From positions 201,708 through 265,707 of the forward strand of contig JBAYHC010000001.1 in the NCBI GenBank assembly GCA_041666325.1: a DNA stretch of 64,000 nucleotides, given 5' to 3'. Below, piece after piece: positions 29,943 through 40,587 of the stretch. The notes below the pieces were generated by a model. It was not told the origin of the DNA. It made no database searches and saw only the letters and a program-made list of their open reading frames with translations. A program made the position numbers and the translations under genes. Origin of the DNA: Patescibacteria group bacterium (lineage in GTDB: Bacteria > Patescibacteriota > UBA1384 > XYA2-FULL-43-10 > 1-14-0-10-43-13). Positions within the stretch are counted from its first letter, which is position 1; each line of letters begins with the position of its first letter.

Positions 29943-30491
29943 CTATGATTTCTCGTAGAGACGGACAAACGTATCTCTGCCTAAGTTGCGCACTGAGATC
30001 TCCTTCGCTGGCTTGTGTTTGCTGAACAAGAATGACAACGAAACAACTCTGGTTTCACTCGGAATGGTAGCAAAAAACCAGTCTTCAAGTTTGGAGAGAA
30101 CGCTATTCAAAAGGTAAAGATAGACAACATCAGCCTTCTTGAGATAATCCTCTGCGACTTTGAAGTCGCCAAAAAGGATCTTGATCTTATCCTGCTGGCC
30201 CGATAGTCTTACCATCAATATCGATTGTAAGTATGCATACGGAGAACGCTCTACGCCAACGCCTCTGGCGCCAAAATGTTTGGCCGCGATTATCAAGCTT
30301 CTCGCGTTGCCGCAACCCAGATCAACTACGAGCTCGCCCTTTTTGAGACCGGCCAACTCGAAGGCCTCGACCATTGCCTTCTTGTGGGAATAAACTGTTG
30401 GCGCACCCAAAAAGGTGGCATAGATTAGAGACACTTGCCAGAAGATCATGAACAGAAGCAGCAAGATAAGAAGTATTAGTATTGTCATCAT
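29943..30491 (-). CDS. Class I SAM-dependent methyltransferase with an N-terminal TM anchor
   Basis: Motif I VVDLGCGNARSLIIAA. Confidence 0.6.
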   Translation of the reverse strand: MMTILILLILLLLFMIFWQVSLIYATFLGAPTVYSHKKAMVEAFELAGLKKGELVVDLGCGNARSLIIAAKHFGARGVGVERSPYAYLQSILMVRLSGQQDKIKILFGDFKVAEDYLKKADVVYLYLLNSVLSKLEDWFFATIPSETRVVSLSFLFSKHKPAKEISVRNLGRDTFVRLYEKS

Positions 30492-30586
30492 CTAAAATAT
30501 TATACACTTTCATCATTTCGATTGCTACTATCAGAAAAATTAATTTTTCTGTATAATTACAAGCAATAGCTTACCGAGGAATATTT

Positions 30587-30814
30587 ATGGCCGATGACGA
30601 ACTAAAAAAAGCAATTGAGCGTCTCGCTGCACAAGAAAAAAAGCTGGCCTCTCTGCGCTGGAACTTCTGGCGCGGGGCAGCTTACGGATTCGGGTTTATC
30701 GTGGGATCAGCCTTGCTTGTTGCCCTTTTTGTCTGGGCACTTTCACTATTTGACACTGCTCCAATCATCGGTGAATATGTGGCCAAAATTGTTGATATCG
30801 TTAAAGGAAAATAA
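30587..30814 (+). CDS. Small membrane protein, hypothetical
   Basis: 75 aa with one TM helix and coiled-coil-like N-terminus; weak support. Confidence 0.3.
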   Translation: MADDELKKAIERLAAQEKKLASLRWNFWRGAAYGFGFIVGSALLVALFVWALSLFDTAPIIGEYVAKIVDIVKGK

Positions 30815-30962
30815 TCCACTAATCCAGCTCTTGGTCCAACTTACCTAGCCCTCACGCTTTTTCACTGCTCCAACCGGAGCGGTTTTCTTTTGAATGCCGC
30901 ATAGTTCTTGACTGCAGAGCATCTTTGCAGTAATCTTCTATAAGCTCGAAGGAGGTAGAGAC

Positions 30963-31589
30963 ATGCAAGTGCAGAGCCAACTTTACTGGCCGACTGTTTA
31001 CTTCATGAAGCTCGTTCATTTTCTTACGCGGCAGCACACGATTATTGAGGGCGAGTCGAACCTGCCGAAATCAGGCGGGTGTGTCTTCGCACCCAAGCAT
31101 CACTCGAATGGCGATCCACCCAAGCTCATCCAGAGTTTGAAGCGGCACATCTTCTTCATGGGGAAGATCGGGTTGTTCCGGCGAACGATAACCAGATTCT
31201 ATTACCTCCATGCCTCAGTGTTCCCGGTTAATGACAAAAGCAGGCGATCGATTATCGCAGCGTTAGATTTCGCCACTAGCTTGGCTAAAGAGGGCAAGGT
31301 TGTCGGCATCTTTCCCGAGGGCACCAAGACTCCAGGCACACAGCTTGGCAAAATCCATGGCGGCGCAATCAAGGTCTCGCGCGAAGCGAATGTGCCGCTC
31401 GTACCGATCGGCTTGGCCTATAGCGACAATTACCACGCCACATTCTGGAAGCCTCGGCAGCGCATCGCCATCGTTATCGGCAAACCGATTCTGCCCGAGG
31501 AACTTGAGGACACGGACCACCCAACACTTCTTCTTGAGGCGCGCCTTAACCAACTAATGAAGCGCGCGGATCAATTGCTTTCGCGCTAA
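30963..31589 (+). CDS. plsC: 1-acyl-sn-glycerol-3-phosphate acyltransferase
   Basis: The HxxxxD motif KHHSNGD and the FPEGTKT motif. Confidence 0.8.
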   Translation: MQVQSQLYWPTVYFMKLVHFLTRQHTIIEGESNLPKSGGCVFAPKHHSNGDPPKLIQSLKRHIFFMGKIGLFRRTITRFYYLHASVFPVNDKSRRSIIAALDFATSLAKEGKVVGIFPEGTKTPGTQLGKIHGGAIKVSREANVPLVPIGLAYSDNYHATFWKPRQRIAIVIGKPILPEELEDTDHPTLLLEARLNQLMKRADQLLSR

Positions 31590-31739
31590 TACCGACAGAC
31601 GGGCCACCCCGTCTTTTTGTTTCAATCACAAACAACATAGGATTGCGAAACAGCTGCGCAAGAGCTATCATTGAAGAGTGTTTGTTTGAGCAATGGTGCG
31701 ATATTATAACAAGAGCTTGATAACTAAGTCACGAGTGTT

Positions 31740-32576
31740 ATGACCTACCAACCAAAGCACGCCGCAGAAAAAATATATAAAGAGGGCGTTAAACGCATTT
31801 TTGAACATGTCCATATCGGCAAGGCCGATTTGCATATCCATTCAAATTTCTCTGACGCCAAGCCAAGCATCGAAGAGATACTTGAGTGGACTCAGAAAAA
31901 AACCGATCTTGATATCATCGCCATTACCGACCACGACACTATTGACGGCGCTCTTTTGGCTCAAAAAATCGCCAAGACCAAGAAATATCGATTTGAAATT
32001 GTTGTTGGGGAGGAGATCTCGACCAAAGAGGGACACGTTTTAGGACTATTTTTGACCGAAAAGATAAAACCTCACCTCACTGCCCACGAGACACTAAAAC
32101 AAATAAAATCACAGGGTGGTGTCTCTATTGCCGCTCATCCATTCAACTATACGCGCCTGAACGGCGGGAAAATGACGCTCAATGATGGCATCGGAATGAT
32201 TACGCTCTTCAAAGAGAAGGATCTTGTCGATGCGGTCGAGACAGTGAATGCTACCCCGACACGCAACAGGGAGAATTTAAGCGCACAGTTTATGAATGAT
32301 ACAGTGCTCTTCAGGGCAGAAACCGGAGGCAGTGATGCTCACATCCTTGACGCAATTGGCATGGGCCAAACATTGTTTGAGGGGAGACATGCAACGGAGC
32401 TTAAGGATGCACTTTTACACAATCAAACCAAGGCTATCAGCAAGCGCTGGCGTTTGATGGCACTGCTGCGATATCTCTATTTCTTCTTGCCCAAGGGTCT
32501 ACGCCTCTTTTTCTACACACTTTTCCACGGCAGAAGAGCCAAACGACCGGAAATGTTTATCAGCCAGGGGGTTTAG
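31740..32576 (+). CDS. PHP-domain phosphoesterase
   Basis: DLHIHSNFSD...IIAITDHDTIDG...AAHPF histidine/aspartate motifs of the PHP family. Confidence 0.75.
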   Translation: MTYQPKHAAEKIYKEGVKRIFEHVHIGKADLHIHSNFSDAKPSIEEILEWTQKKTDLDIIAITDHDTIDGALLAQKIAKTKKYRFEIVVGEEISTKEGHVLGLFLTEKIKPHLTAHETLKQIKSQGGVSIAAHPFNYTRLNGGKMTLNDGIGMITLFKEKDLVDAVETVNATPTRNRENLSAQFMNDTVLFRAETGGSDAHILDAIGMGQTLFEGRHATELKDALLHNQTKAISKRWRLMALLRYLYFFLPKGLRLFFYTLFHGRRAKRPEMFISQGV

Positions 32577-32625
32577 TCGACCAAAATACTAGGCAGAGCC
32601 AACATTGCTGTCACGAAGCAATCAG

Positions 32626-33015
32626 TCACCTAATAAAATCGAGATAGATTCCAATTATCAGGGCTATGCCAGAGGTGGCAAATATGAATATGTAGTTCCA
32701 TTGCTCTCTGGACGAGACGAGCGTCTCAAGGATATATTTCATCACGGCCTTATCGGCTTCATCTAAACCGTCAAGCCCAGCAACTTTCTTGACGAGTTGG
32801 TGATCGACAATCAATCGCTCTCGTTTTTCCGAGATAGCGTAACGATGAGCAAAATAAAAAATAAATCCGACCGTGCCAATATACCAGGCAACCTTGGTCC
32901 AGATGGGATCATAATTTGTAAGAACTATAATTGATCGATAGACAAAAGTAGCGACAATGCCAATCCAAAAATAGAAGAGCCGTTGATATCTTGAGTGCGG
33001 CTTAACTTCATCCAT
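32626..33015 (-). CDS. Hypothetical membrane protein
   Basis: Three TM helices; no recognised family. Confidence 0.35.
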   Translation of the reverse strand: MDEVKPHSRYQRLFYFWIGIVATFVYRSIIVLTNYDPIWTKVAWYIGTVGFIFYFAHRYAISEKRERLIVDHQLVKKVAGLDGLDEADKAVMKYILETLVSSREQWNYIFIFATSGIALIIGIYLDFIR

Positions 33016-33101
33016 CGTACCCCTCCTGCTAGCAAATAATTAGTGCTATTCTATCATCTTTTTACCAAGAGCGCACAGACAAATGGCAGCAACTCTGAGT
33101 A

Positions 33102-34913
33102 CTACCTGCGATTGCGATATCGTTCAGAGGAACCCAATATCTTCTTCCGGAGTCGCAAGTTTTTGGGAGTTACTTCCAGCAGCTCATCTTCTTCCAAAAA
33201 GTCGATACATTGCTCTAGGCTCATGATAGTTGGTGGCGTCAAGACTGTTGAGATATCAGAGTTAGATGCTCGAACATTTGTAAGCTTCTTTTCCTTGGTA
33301 ACATTTATTTCGATATCATCTTCGCGCAAATTTAGTCCAATAATCATACCCTCATATACTTCAGTTGCTGGCAGAATAAAGGTTGTGCCTCGATTCTGAG
33401 CATTCTCAAGCCCATAGGCAACGGCCTTGCCGCTATCATACGAAATAAGAACTCCATTTCGAAGCTTTGGAATGGCAGGACCTAATGGCTGCCAAGACAA
33501 AAAGAGTGTATTCATCACGGCTGTACCGCGCGAAAGTGTGAGCAGTTGGTTTCTAAGACCGAGCAAGCCACGAGTAGGAATCTCAAATACAAGTCGGGTT
33601 GAAACATCGGAATTTTCAGATTGATGCGTGAGCATTCCACGACGTCTTCCGACTTCACCAGTAATGCTGCTCGAATACTCGGATGGAACATCAACGGTCA
33701 ACTCCTCGACTGGCTCATACTCGACACCGTCGATCTTCTTGGTAATAACGTGGGGCTTACCGACTTGCAGTTCGTATCCCTCGCGACGCAATGTCTCGAT
33801 AAAAACTGAGAGGTGTAACTCTCCCCTGCCTGACAAAATGTATTCACCAGTGTCAGAGGTTGCCATTTTCATTGACACATTTGTCTCTAGCTCTTTCTTG
33901 ATTCGATCAAGCAACTGGCGAGCTGTGACAAACTTTCCCTCGCGTCCTGCGAAAGGTGAAGTATTTGCGTAAACGGCAATGTTTAATGTTGGCTCTTCGA
34001 TAGCAATTGTTGGCAAAGCTTCCGGATTAGAGGCATCAGCAATCGTATCACCAATTGAGGCATTTTTGACACCCGAAAGCGCGATGATATCTCCGGAAAC
34101 AGCATCACTAACATCAACACGGCGAAGTCCCTGGCTGATCATAACTTTCTCAATTCTTGTTGTCTCTGTTACCCCTTTTTCGTTGACCAGAGCGACAGAA
34201 AGTCCGGGCTTAGCTATGCCGCGAGTAATTTTACCGATGACGTACTTGCCAGAGTAGTTATCCCAATCAAGCGCCGAAACAAGTAGCTGGAATTTTCCCT
34301 CTACATCAGAAACAGGCGCTGGGACATGCTCAAGGATAGCGTCCAAAATTGGAGTAAGGTCAGCTGGTGCGGCCTCATCTTCGGGCAATTCATCCCAGGC
34401 CTTACCGTCTCGACCGATGGCATAATAGATCGGGAAATCAAGTTGAGCTTCATCTGTAGCAAGCTCCAGGAATAGATCGTATGTCTTATTGATTGTGGCC
34501 GGAATATCAGCATTAACTTTGTCGATTTTGTTAATAACGACAATTGGTTTCAGTCCAATTTCCAGGGCTTTTTTGAGCACAAATTTTGTTTGCGGCATGG
34601 GACCTTCTTGAGCATCAATAACAAGAATCGCACCCTCTGCCATATTGAGAGTTCGCTCTACTTCGCCACCAAAATCAGCGTGACCAGGAGTATCAATGAT
34701 GTTTACTTTCGTCTCTTTGTAAATAATAGCCGTATTCTTGGCCAAGATGGTAATGCCTCGCTCGCGCTCCTGGTCATTGGAATCCAGAATTAAAGTTTGC
34801 GAAAAAGCCGCTTCGTTTTCACGAAACGTCTTCGACTGTTTCAGGAGTCCGTCAACCAGGGTTGTCTTACCGTGGTCAACGTGGGCGATGATAGCTACAT
34901 TTCTAATATTCAT
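33102..34913 (-). CDS. typA: Translational GTPase TypA/BipA
   Basis: IRNVAIIAHVDHGKTTLVD, DTPGHADF and NKIDK G-motifs; EF-G-like domain architecture of about 600 aa. Confidence 0.9.
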   Translation of the reverse strand: MNIRNVAIIAHVDHGKTTLVDGLLKQSKTFRENEAAFSQTLILDSNDQERERGITILAKNTAIIYKETKVNIIDTPGHADFGGEVERTLNMAEGAILVIDAQEGPMPQTKFVLKKALEIGLKPIVVINKIDKVNADIPATINKTYDLFLELATDEAQLDFPIYYAIGRDGKAWDELPEDEAAPADLTPILDAILEHVPAPVSDVEGKFQLLVSALDWDNYSGKYVIGKITRGIAKPGLSVALVNEKGVTETTRIEKVMISQGLRRVDVSDAVSGDIIALSGVKNASIGDTIADASNPEALPTIAIEEPTLNIAVYANTSPFAGREGKFVTARQLLDRIKKELETNVSMKMATSDTGEYILSGRGELHLSVFIETLRREGYELQVGKPHVITKKIDGVEYEPVEELTVDVPSEYSSSITGEVGRRRGMLTHQSENSDVSTRLVFEIPTRGLLGLRNQLLTLSRGTAVMNTLFLSWQPLGPAIPKLRNGVLISYDSGKAVAYGLENAQNRGTTFILPATEVYEGMIIGLNLREDDIEINVTKEKKLTNVRASNSDISTVLTPPTIMSLEQCIDFLEEDELLEVTPKNLRLRKKILGSSERYRNRR

Positions 34914-34995
34914 AATAAAAATAGAGTGATTATTGTGCGAGAACTTTAAATATCGGACTATGTAATTCTACTTGTTTTGTCTGGTCATGTCAATG

Positions 34996-35982
34996 CTACT
35001 GACTAATCCAGATGTTTAGAAGCTGATCTCGATCCCCTGTCGCAATTTTGGTTTGACCGTTCGCCCGCAAAATTGACCTACCGTCCGAGGTTGCATCCCA
35101 CAAGCTTCCGCGCAGAAAAACATTGAGACCACAGCCAATACCGGCTATCTGCATTTTCCCGGCCATAGCATACTTGAGCCACGCTTCCTTCTCGGTAATG
35201 TTTTTATCGCCATGCCAGGGCTTGTCCCACACTCCCTGAGGCGAGAGATAGGATGGGACTGCGAGCAAGGTGGGCCCTTGAGCCTTAATTATTTCATAGC
35301 TTTTCTCATGCCATGAATCCGCGCATATAAGCACTGCCAGCTTCCCGGCAGAGAGGGAAAACACCGGCAGATCTTCAACTTTGCCTGGAGAAGTGAAGCC
35401 CCTTTCCTCGTCAATCAAGGACGCTTTCCGAATGACCGGACTAATTGCTCCGCCATCCGACCCATAAACAACCGAGGTATTGTAGAGTGACCCCGGAGAA
35501 GAAATTAGCACGCCATCCGATATCGCAGGATTAGACAGAACGATAGAGCCAGCCACGATGGTCACATCATACTTTTTGGCCAAGTAAGAAAAAGTATGAT
35601 TGTAGATTGAGCACATGGAATCTGACTTGAGTAAGAACAAAGCCTTTCTAATATTTCCAGTCTTCAACATCCATCTCCCAAACCCGATTGGATGCTGAAG
35701 GATTACCCGAATAATGACCGAGGATAGATTCTTGTAGTGATAGGCTGAGTCAGGCAGATTAGCTGCTACCAGCCAAGTACCGACATACTCCGGATAAACG
35801 ACAATTGTTTTTGGATTAAGTAATCCAGCTTTCTTCGAGGTCTCGAGATAGCCCTCCATTTTGGCCATATATCGATCGGCGGTCGCATAATCCATCGGTG
35901 AGACACATGGCTGAACACCAAGAATATTACCTTGTTCCGACCTCTCGCTAAAATTAACAATGTTTACGCTCTGCTTCGACAT
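34996..35982 (-). CDS. Carbon-nitrogen hydrolase (nitrilase superfamily) protein
   Basis: The candidate catalytic Cys context KLAVLICADSW; the overall assignment is tentative. Confidence 0.45.
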   Translation of the reverse strand: MSKQSVNIVNFSERSEQGNILGVQPCVSPMDYATADRYMAKMEGYLETSKKAGLLNPKTIVVYPEYVGTWLVAANLPDSAYHYKNLSSVIIRVILQHPIGFGRWMLKTGNIRKALFLLKSDSMCSIYNHTFSYLAKKYDVTIVAGSIVLSNPAISDGVLISSPGSLYNTSVVYGSDGGAISPVIRKASLIDEERGFTSPGKVEDLPVFSLSAGKLAVLICADSWHEKSYEIIKAQGPTLLAVPSYLSPQGVWDKPWHGDKNITEKEAWLKYAMAGKMQIAGIGCGLNVFLRGSLWDATSDGRSILRANGQTKIATGDRDQLLNIWISQ

Positions 35983-36055
35983 AAAATCTCTCTGTTTTTA
36001 CTTTGTCTTAAGTTAAGATAGTATGAAATGTTAAGTATTAGCAATAATTATACCT

Positions 36056-36523
36056 ATGACACTCTCCGGTCACATTGCAGTTACAACCATCACCATACAA
36101 TATATTCCAGATCTGGCCATTCTTCTAGCTGTCAATTTTCTGCTCCACCCCCTACTTGATGCCATACCTCACGCAGAGTGGACAACATTTCGAGATTCAA
36201 AACTAAAAATGATCCTCATCACCCTCATGGATACTGTGGCGGCAATATGGCTTACTCTGCTCGCATTTCAAAATCTGAGGCAACCTGCTTGGCTGATCGT
36301 TACAGCCATCATTATCGGACTCTGGCCAGATCTTCTCGATTTTGTGGCGGGAAAAAGATTAAAGCGTTTCCGCCACTGGCACCAGTTCTTCCACACCTGG
36401 CCGATTGCTCCCAATGATCCAGTTGGCTGGGAAAGAACAGCCACGGGCAATGTCCCCACCTGGTTAAAAGTTCTCTCCCAATCAATTCTGGTAGCACTAG
36501 CTTACTATCTCATAGTCAATTAA
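36056..36523 (+). CDS. Hypothetical membrane protein
   Basis: Four TM helices; no recognised family. Confidence 0.35.
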   Translation: MTLSGHIAVTTITIQYIPDLAILLAVNFLLHPLLDAIPHAEWTTFRDSKLKMILITLMDTVAAIWLTLLAFQNLRQPAWLIVTAIIIGLWPDLLDFVAGKRLKRFRHWHQFFHTWPIAPNDPVGWERTATGNVPTWLKVLSQSILVALAYYLIVN

Positions 36524-36684
36524 TCGACCAAAATAATTCAATTATCTCACCCTGGCAATCGGTTATTTTTTAACCGATTGCTTGATACTAGAAACAATCA
36601 GAAGCTTTATTTATAATAGCTTGGGGTATAAAAACCCATGGATGATAGCATTATCCATTATTTTATTTTTAACTGGCAATTATC

Positions 36685-37581
36685 ATGAAGCTAAGCATTA
36701 TCGGGACGATCGGATTAGATGATGTAAGGTCTCCCTTCGGAGAGGTGAACGGCGCTCTTGGCGGAAGCGGGGTGTACGCATCTTGCGCTGCCTCGTTTTT
36801 TGTCTCTCCTGCTCTCATTAGTATTATGGGAAAAGACATGCCGGAGGTATCACTGGCTACCCTCAAAAAAAGAGGTATCAATCTTGACGGCGTTGCGATA
36901 AGTGAAAAAACATTCCGCTGGACCGGCTCGTACGAATATGACATGAATGAAGCTAAAACACATAGAACCGAGCTCAACTCCCTGCAAGAATTCAAGCCCA
37001 CCCTTCTGCCAGCACACAAGGAGTCTGAGTTTCTTTTCTTGGGCAATATCGATCCCGATCTCCAACTCGAGGCTCTAAATCAAGTTTCGAGCAAGCCCTT
37101 CGTTGTAATTGACACGATGAACTACTGGATTTCAAGCAAGAAGGACGCACTCATTGAGGTAATAAAAAGGGTGAACTGCGTGGTTCTGAATGAGGGCGAG
37201 GCACGACAGCTCTTCGACACGCCCAACCTGATCAAAGCTGGCAAAGCGCTCCTGGAGCTTGGTCCAGAGTATGCCATTATCAAAAAAGGCGAACACGGAG
37301 CCCTACTCTTTTCCTTCAATGATTTCTTTTCTGCGCCAGGATACCCCCTCGAAGAGGTCAAGGACCCAACCGGTGCCGGAGATTCCTTCGCCGGAGGCAT
37401 GATCGGATACCTTGCAAAGATAGGCACGGTCACACCCCAAGAGATGAGAAAAGCGATTATCTATGGCAGTGCTATTGCCTCTTTCTGCGCCGAGGATTTT
37501 AGTCTTAACTACTTAGACAAAACTACTAATAAAGATGTAAAGGAGCGGTATGACACCTTCAAAAGTATTAGAAAGTTCTAA
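36685..37581 (+). CDS. PfkB-family carbohydrate/nucleoside kinase (possible adenosine kinase)
   Basis: PfkB signature [17 protein letters not shown]; adjacent to ahcY. Confidence 0.75.
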   Translation: MKLSIIGTIGLDDVRSPFGEVNGALGGSGVYASCAASFFVSPALISIMGKDMPEVSLATLKKRGINLDGVAISEKTFRWTGSYEYDMNEAKTHRTELNSLQEFKPTLLPAHKESEFLFLGNIDPDLQLEALNQVSSKPFVVIDTMNYWISSKKDALIEVIKRVNCVVLNEGEARQLFDTPNLIKAGKALLELGPEYAIIKKGEHGALLFSFNDFFSAPGYPLEEVKDPTGAGDSFAGGMIGYLAKIGTVTPQEMRKAIIYGSAIASFCAEDFSLNYLDKTTNKDVKERYDTFKSIRKF

Positions 37582-38893
37582 CTTCTCTGAAAAGATTGGA
37601 CGGTATAAAGTTCGAGATATCGCTCTTGCCGATTGGGGCAGAAAAGAGCTGATTTTGGCAGAGAAAGAGATGCCTGGACTTATGGCGCTCCGCAAAAAGT
37701 ATGCCGCCAAGAAGCCACTCGAGGGCGCTAGAATTAGCGGCTGCCTTCACATGACTATCCAGACCGCAGTTTTGATTGAGACGCTTGTAGAGCTAGGAGC
37801 GGAGGTTCGCTGGAGCAGCTGCAATATCTACTCAACCCAAGACCATGCTGCCGCCGCGATCGCCGCTGTTGGCATTCCAGTTTTTGCCTGGAAAGGCGAG
37901 ACAGAAGATGAATACTGGTGGTGTGTTGAAGAGTCATTGAAGTTTGGTGGAGGCAAAGGCCCGAACATGCTCCTAGATGATGGCGGCGACCTGACTTTGA
38001 TCGTTAATGATAAATACCCAGAAATGGCCGGGCAGACAATCGGGGTGTCCGAGGAAACAACGACTGGCGTTCATCGCCTCTATCAAATGATGGAAAAAGG
38101 CACGCTTAAGATGCCTGCCATTAATGTCAACGATTCCGTAACCAAATCAAAATTCGATAATAAATATGGCTGCCGCGAAAGCTTGGCAGATGGAATCAAA
38201 CGAGCAACAGACATCATGATCGCCGGCAAAACTGTGGTTATCGCTGGCTTTGGAGATGTTGGCAAGGGCTGCGCACAAAGTATGAGAGGCTTCGGCGCCA
38301 GAGTACTCGTAACGGAGATAGACCCGATCAATGCCCTTCAGGCAGCAATGGAAGGTTATGAAGTTGTCACAATGGAGACAGCAGCGCCGATGTCCGATAT
38401 TTTTGTCACCACAACCGGATGCTGCGATGTAATCACGGGCAAACATATGACGAAAATGAAGGATGGAGCCATAGTCTGCAACATAGGGCACTTCGATAGC
38501 GAAATAGATGTGAAGTGGCTCGAAAGCCAAGATGACATCAACGAGCAAAACATAAAGCCACAAGTAGACAAATTTATTTGGAAAAATGGTAAGTGCTTGA
38601 TACTTCTATCGCGCGGGCGCCTCGTAAATCTTGGCAACGCCCATGGTCACCCCAGCTTCGTGATGAGTACTTCATTTACCAATCAATGCCTAGCTCAAAT
38701 TGCTCTTTACACTGAAACTAATAAATACGAACGCGGCACGGTGTATACTCTGGCAAAAGAGCTCGATGAAGAAGTCGCGCGTCTGCATCTAGACAAATTA
38801 TCCGTCAAGCTAACAACCCTGACAGCTAAACAAGCCAAGTATCTTGGCCTCTCCCCGAAGGGTCCATTCAAGCCAGACCACTACCGATACTAA
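37550..38893 (+). CDS. ahcY: Adenosylhomocysteinase
   Basis: [26 protein letters not shown] and the NAD-binding [28 protein letters not shown]. Confidence 0.9.
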   Translation: MTPSKVLESSNFSEKIGRYKVRDIALADWGRKELILAEKEMPGLMALRKKYAAKKPLEGARISGCLHMTIQTAVLIETLVELGAEVRWSSCNIYSTQDHAAAAIAAVGIPVFAWKGETEDEYWWCVEESLKFGGGKGPNMLLDDGGDLTLIVNDKYPEMAGQTIGVSEETTTGVHRLYQMMEKGTLKMPAINVNDSVTKSKFDNKYGCRESLADGIKRATDIMIAGKTVVIAGFGDVGKGCAQSMRGFGARVLVTEIDPINALQAAMEGYEVVTMETAAPMSDIFVTTTGCCDVITGKHMTKMKDGAIVCNIGHFDSEIDVKWLESQDDINEQNIKPQVDKFIWKNGKCLILLSRGRLVNLGNAHGHPSFVMSTSFTNQCLAQIALYTETNKYERGTVYTLAKELDEEVARLHLDKLSVKLTTLTAKQAKYLGLSPKGPFKPDHYRY

Positions 38894-39030
38894 ATACCTG
38901 CCGTAATCCAGAAAAATAAAAAGACCGTACTCGGTCAGCGAGCCTTTCGGCTAGTTCTTGCCGCTATGATCTCGGACCCGAGACTATAGCGGACGGGTTA
39001 CAGAGCAACACGCAATCTCGCGCGCCCTCT

Positions 39031-39570
39031 CTATTGTCGACGGAAATCCCGCCACTTGGGAACGAAGATATCTGTTACCACCTGTGCGATGGCCGGATTG
39101 ACAAGACCTTCGATCGACCGACCCTCGACCAGACAATCCCGAACTTCACTTGCCGAAATCTTCGGGCTGGCAACACCGTCATACCTATTGATGATCTCGA
39201 ACTGACGACTAGCTGAAATGAAGAACTCGATATCTCCCCTTGAACCGCCAAAGAAGGTGGCTTCATGAAATGGATCAATGCCGCATGTCTCCAAGATATC
39301 ATCAAGGGCTAAGAGCCACTCTTCGTCACTCTGATAGTCCGGAAGACCGAGCACCTTGAGATTCGGATAGAGATGACGCAAAAGGTCACGCCTCTCTTTG
39401 TAAGAAAAGAAATGACGCATGGAAATCGGATGGTTGCAACTGCCAACAACAACCAAGCTGTTCGCTTCACCGCAAACATCTATCATGTGCGAAATGACCA
39501 CCTCGTGACCGGCGTGAACCGGCGAGAAACGCCCGACGTACACACCCTTCTTCGGCTGTGCCATGGTTTT
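39031..39570 (-). CDS. Nicotinamide/nicotinate mononucleotide adenylyltransferase (cytidylyltransferase fold)
   Basis: The (H/T)xGH motif GRFSPVHAGH and a C-terminal ISASEVRD (ISSTxIR-like) motif. Confidence 0.7.
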   Translation of the reverse strand, partial: KTMAQPKKGVYVGRFSPVHAGHEVVISHMIDVCGEANSLVVVGSCNHPISMRHFFSYKERRDLLRHLYPNLKVLGLPDYQSDEEWLLALDDILETCGIDPFHEATFFGGSRGDIEFFISASRQFEIINRYDGVASPKISASEVRDCLVEGRSIEGLVNPAIAQVVTDIFVPKWRDFRRQ

Positions 39571-39661
39571 CCCTTCCTCTGACAGGATGGCTCTATGGGA
39601 AGCCATCAGAAAGTGATTGTATTGTACCTATTTTTTCATAATTGTCAACCAAGATAAACAA

Positions 39662-39688
39662 GCACCGGATAAATCCGGTGCATTTTTC
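39662..39688 (+). terminator. Intrinsic terminator-like hairpin (gcaccggataaatccggtgc followed by attttt) at the left edge of the AT-rich island
   Basis: Seen in the sequence. Confidence 0.45.
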
Positions 39689-39885
39689 GTGGAGGACTTT
39701 GTTAAAATTATTGAACACTTTCTTTGGGAAACCTGTGGGAACGTTTGTATATATTCACTAATTCGATAACTTCTTGAGGTATAATTACTGCCAAAAGAGA
39801 CCGATTAATTTTAGTTTGCCTGTTTGGCCCGTTGAGACCTAGTGAATAGAGGAACTTTTTTGATTCGAAAATTAGGCACACATAC

Positions 39886-40221
39886 TCAGACACCCTTCCA
39901 GGTTGAAGTGTGGTTGTAGCTATTTTTAACATAAGGCAAAAGTTTAATCACGCTATCGGTATCAAATGGGATTTTTATCTTAAAGCCAATGGTTTTGTTG
40001 CCGATAATCTCCGGACCTGCTTGCCAATCTTGTTCTAGAATTTTTCGGTCTTCCGGAGTGACACGGGAAAGAATGAGAAAGTCGCCGTCAATCGAGGCAA
40101 ATTCACGGCCATTCACATAATATCTGGTCCGGCTCAGTTGCTTCTTCCGGGTTACACCTGGCCAGCGATACACTTCATTTTCAAAAATCCGCTGAGCTTT
40201 TATTGTCATGGTGTGCACCAT
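39886..40221 (-). CDS. Hypothetical protein
   Basis: An ORF of 111 aa with a plausible coding composition; no family recognised. Confidence 0.4.
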   Translation of the reverse strand: MVHTMTIKAQRIFENEVYRWPGVTRKKQLSRTRYYVNGREFASIDGDFLILSRVTPEDRKILEQDWQAGPEIIGNKTIGFKIKIPFDTDSVIKLLPYVKNSYNHTSTWKGV

Positions 40222-40337
40222 ACATAGCTATTTCAAGACAATTCTATCACAGCTACATCTGGTTGTATAAAACAGCAGGAGATGATGACCTTCGGGACAA
40301 TTTGATTGGGTGGGAACGCCGAAATACATTCGTATTT

Positions 40338-40380
40338 CCACCAAAAAATGACCTCAAATTTTGAAGTCATTTTTTGGTGG
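40338..40380. repeat. 43-nt near-perfect palindrome (ccaccaaaaaatgac...gtcattttttggtgg) downstream of the OLD-family gene
   Basis: The 15-bp arms are exact reverse complements and the central spacer is itself palindromic. Confidence 0.6.
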
Positions 40381-40587
40381 ACACGGGCGATAATTTTTGG
40401 AACACTTTCTTCGAAAAGATTTTTGAATGGGCTCCGCTGTTGCGCCAGATTAACCACACACAGAATATCCCAATTCTGGCCAGATAATCAGCCACCAGAT
40501 GCAAATAGAACACAGTATAGATATATTTAGCTTATCTAGATACGATCCCAAAGTTGTTGCCAATCTTCTCTGAAGGTATCAGCTCTA

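Noticed and set aside
40233-40530. ORFs 40233-40457 (minus) and 40306-40530 (plus) spanning the 43-nt palindrome
   Set aside because: They overlap each other across a perfect palindrome that reads as protein on both strands. There is no RBS and they are short, so they are spurious.
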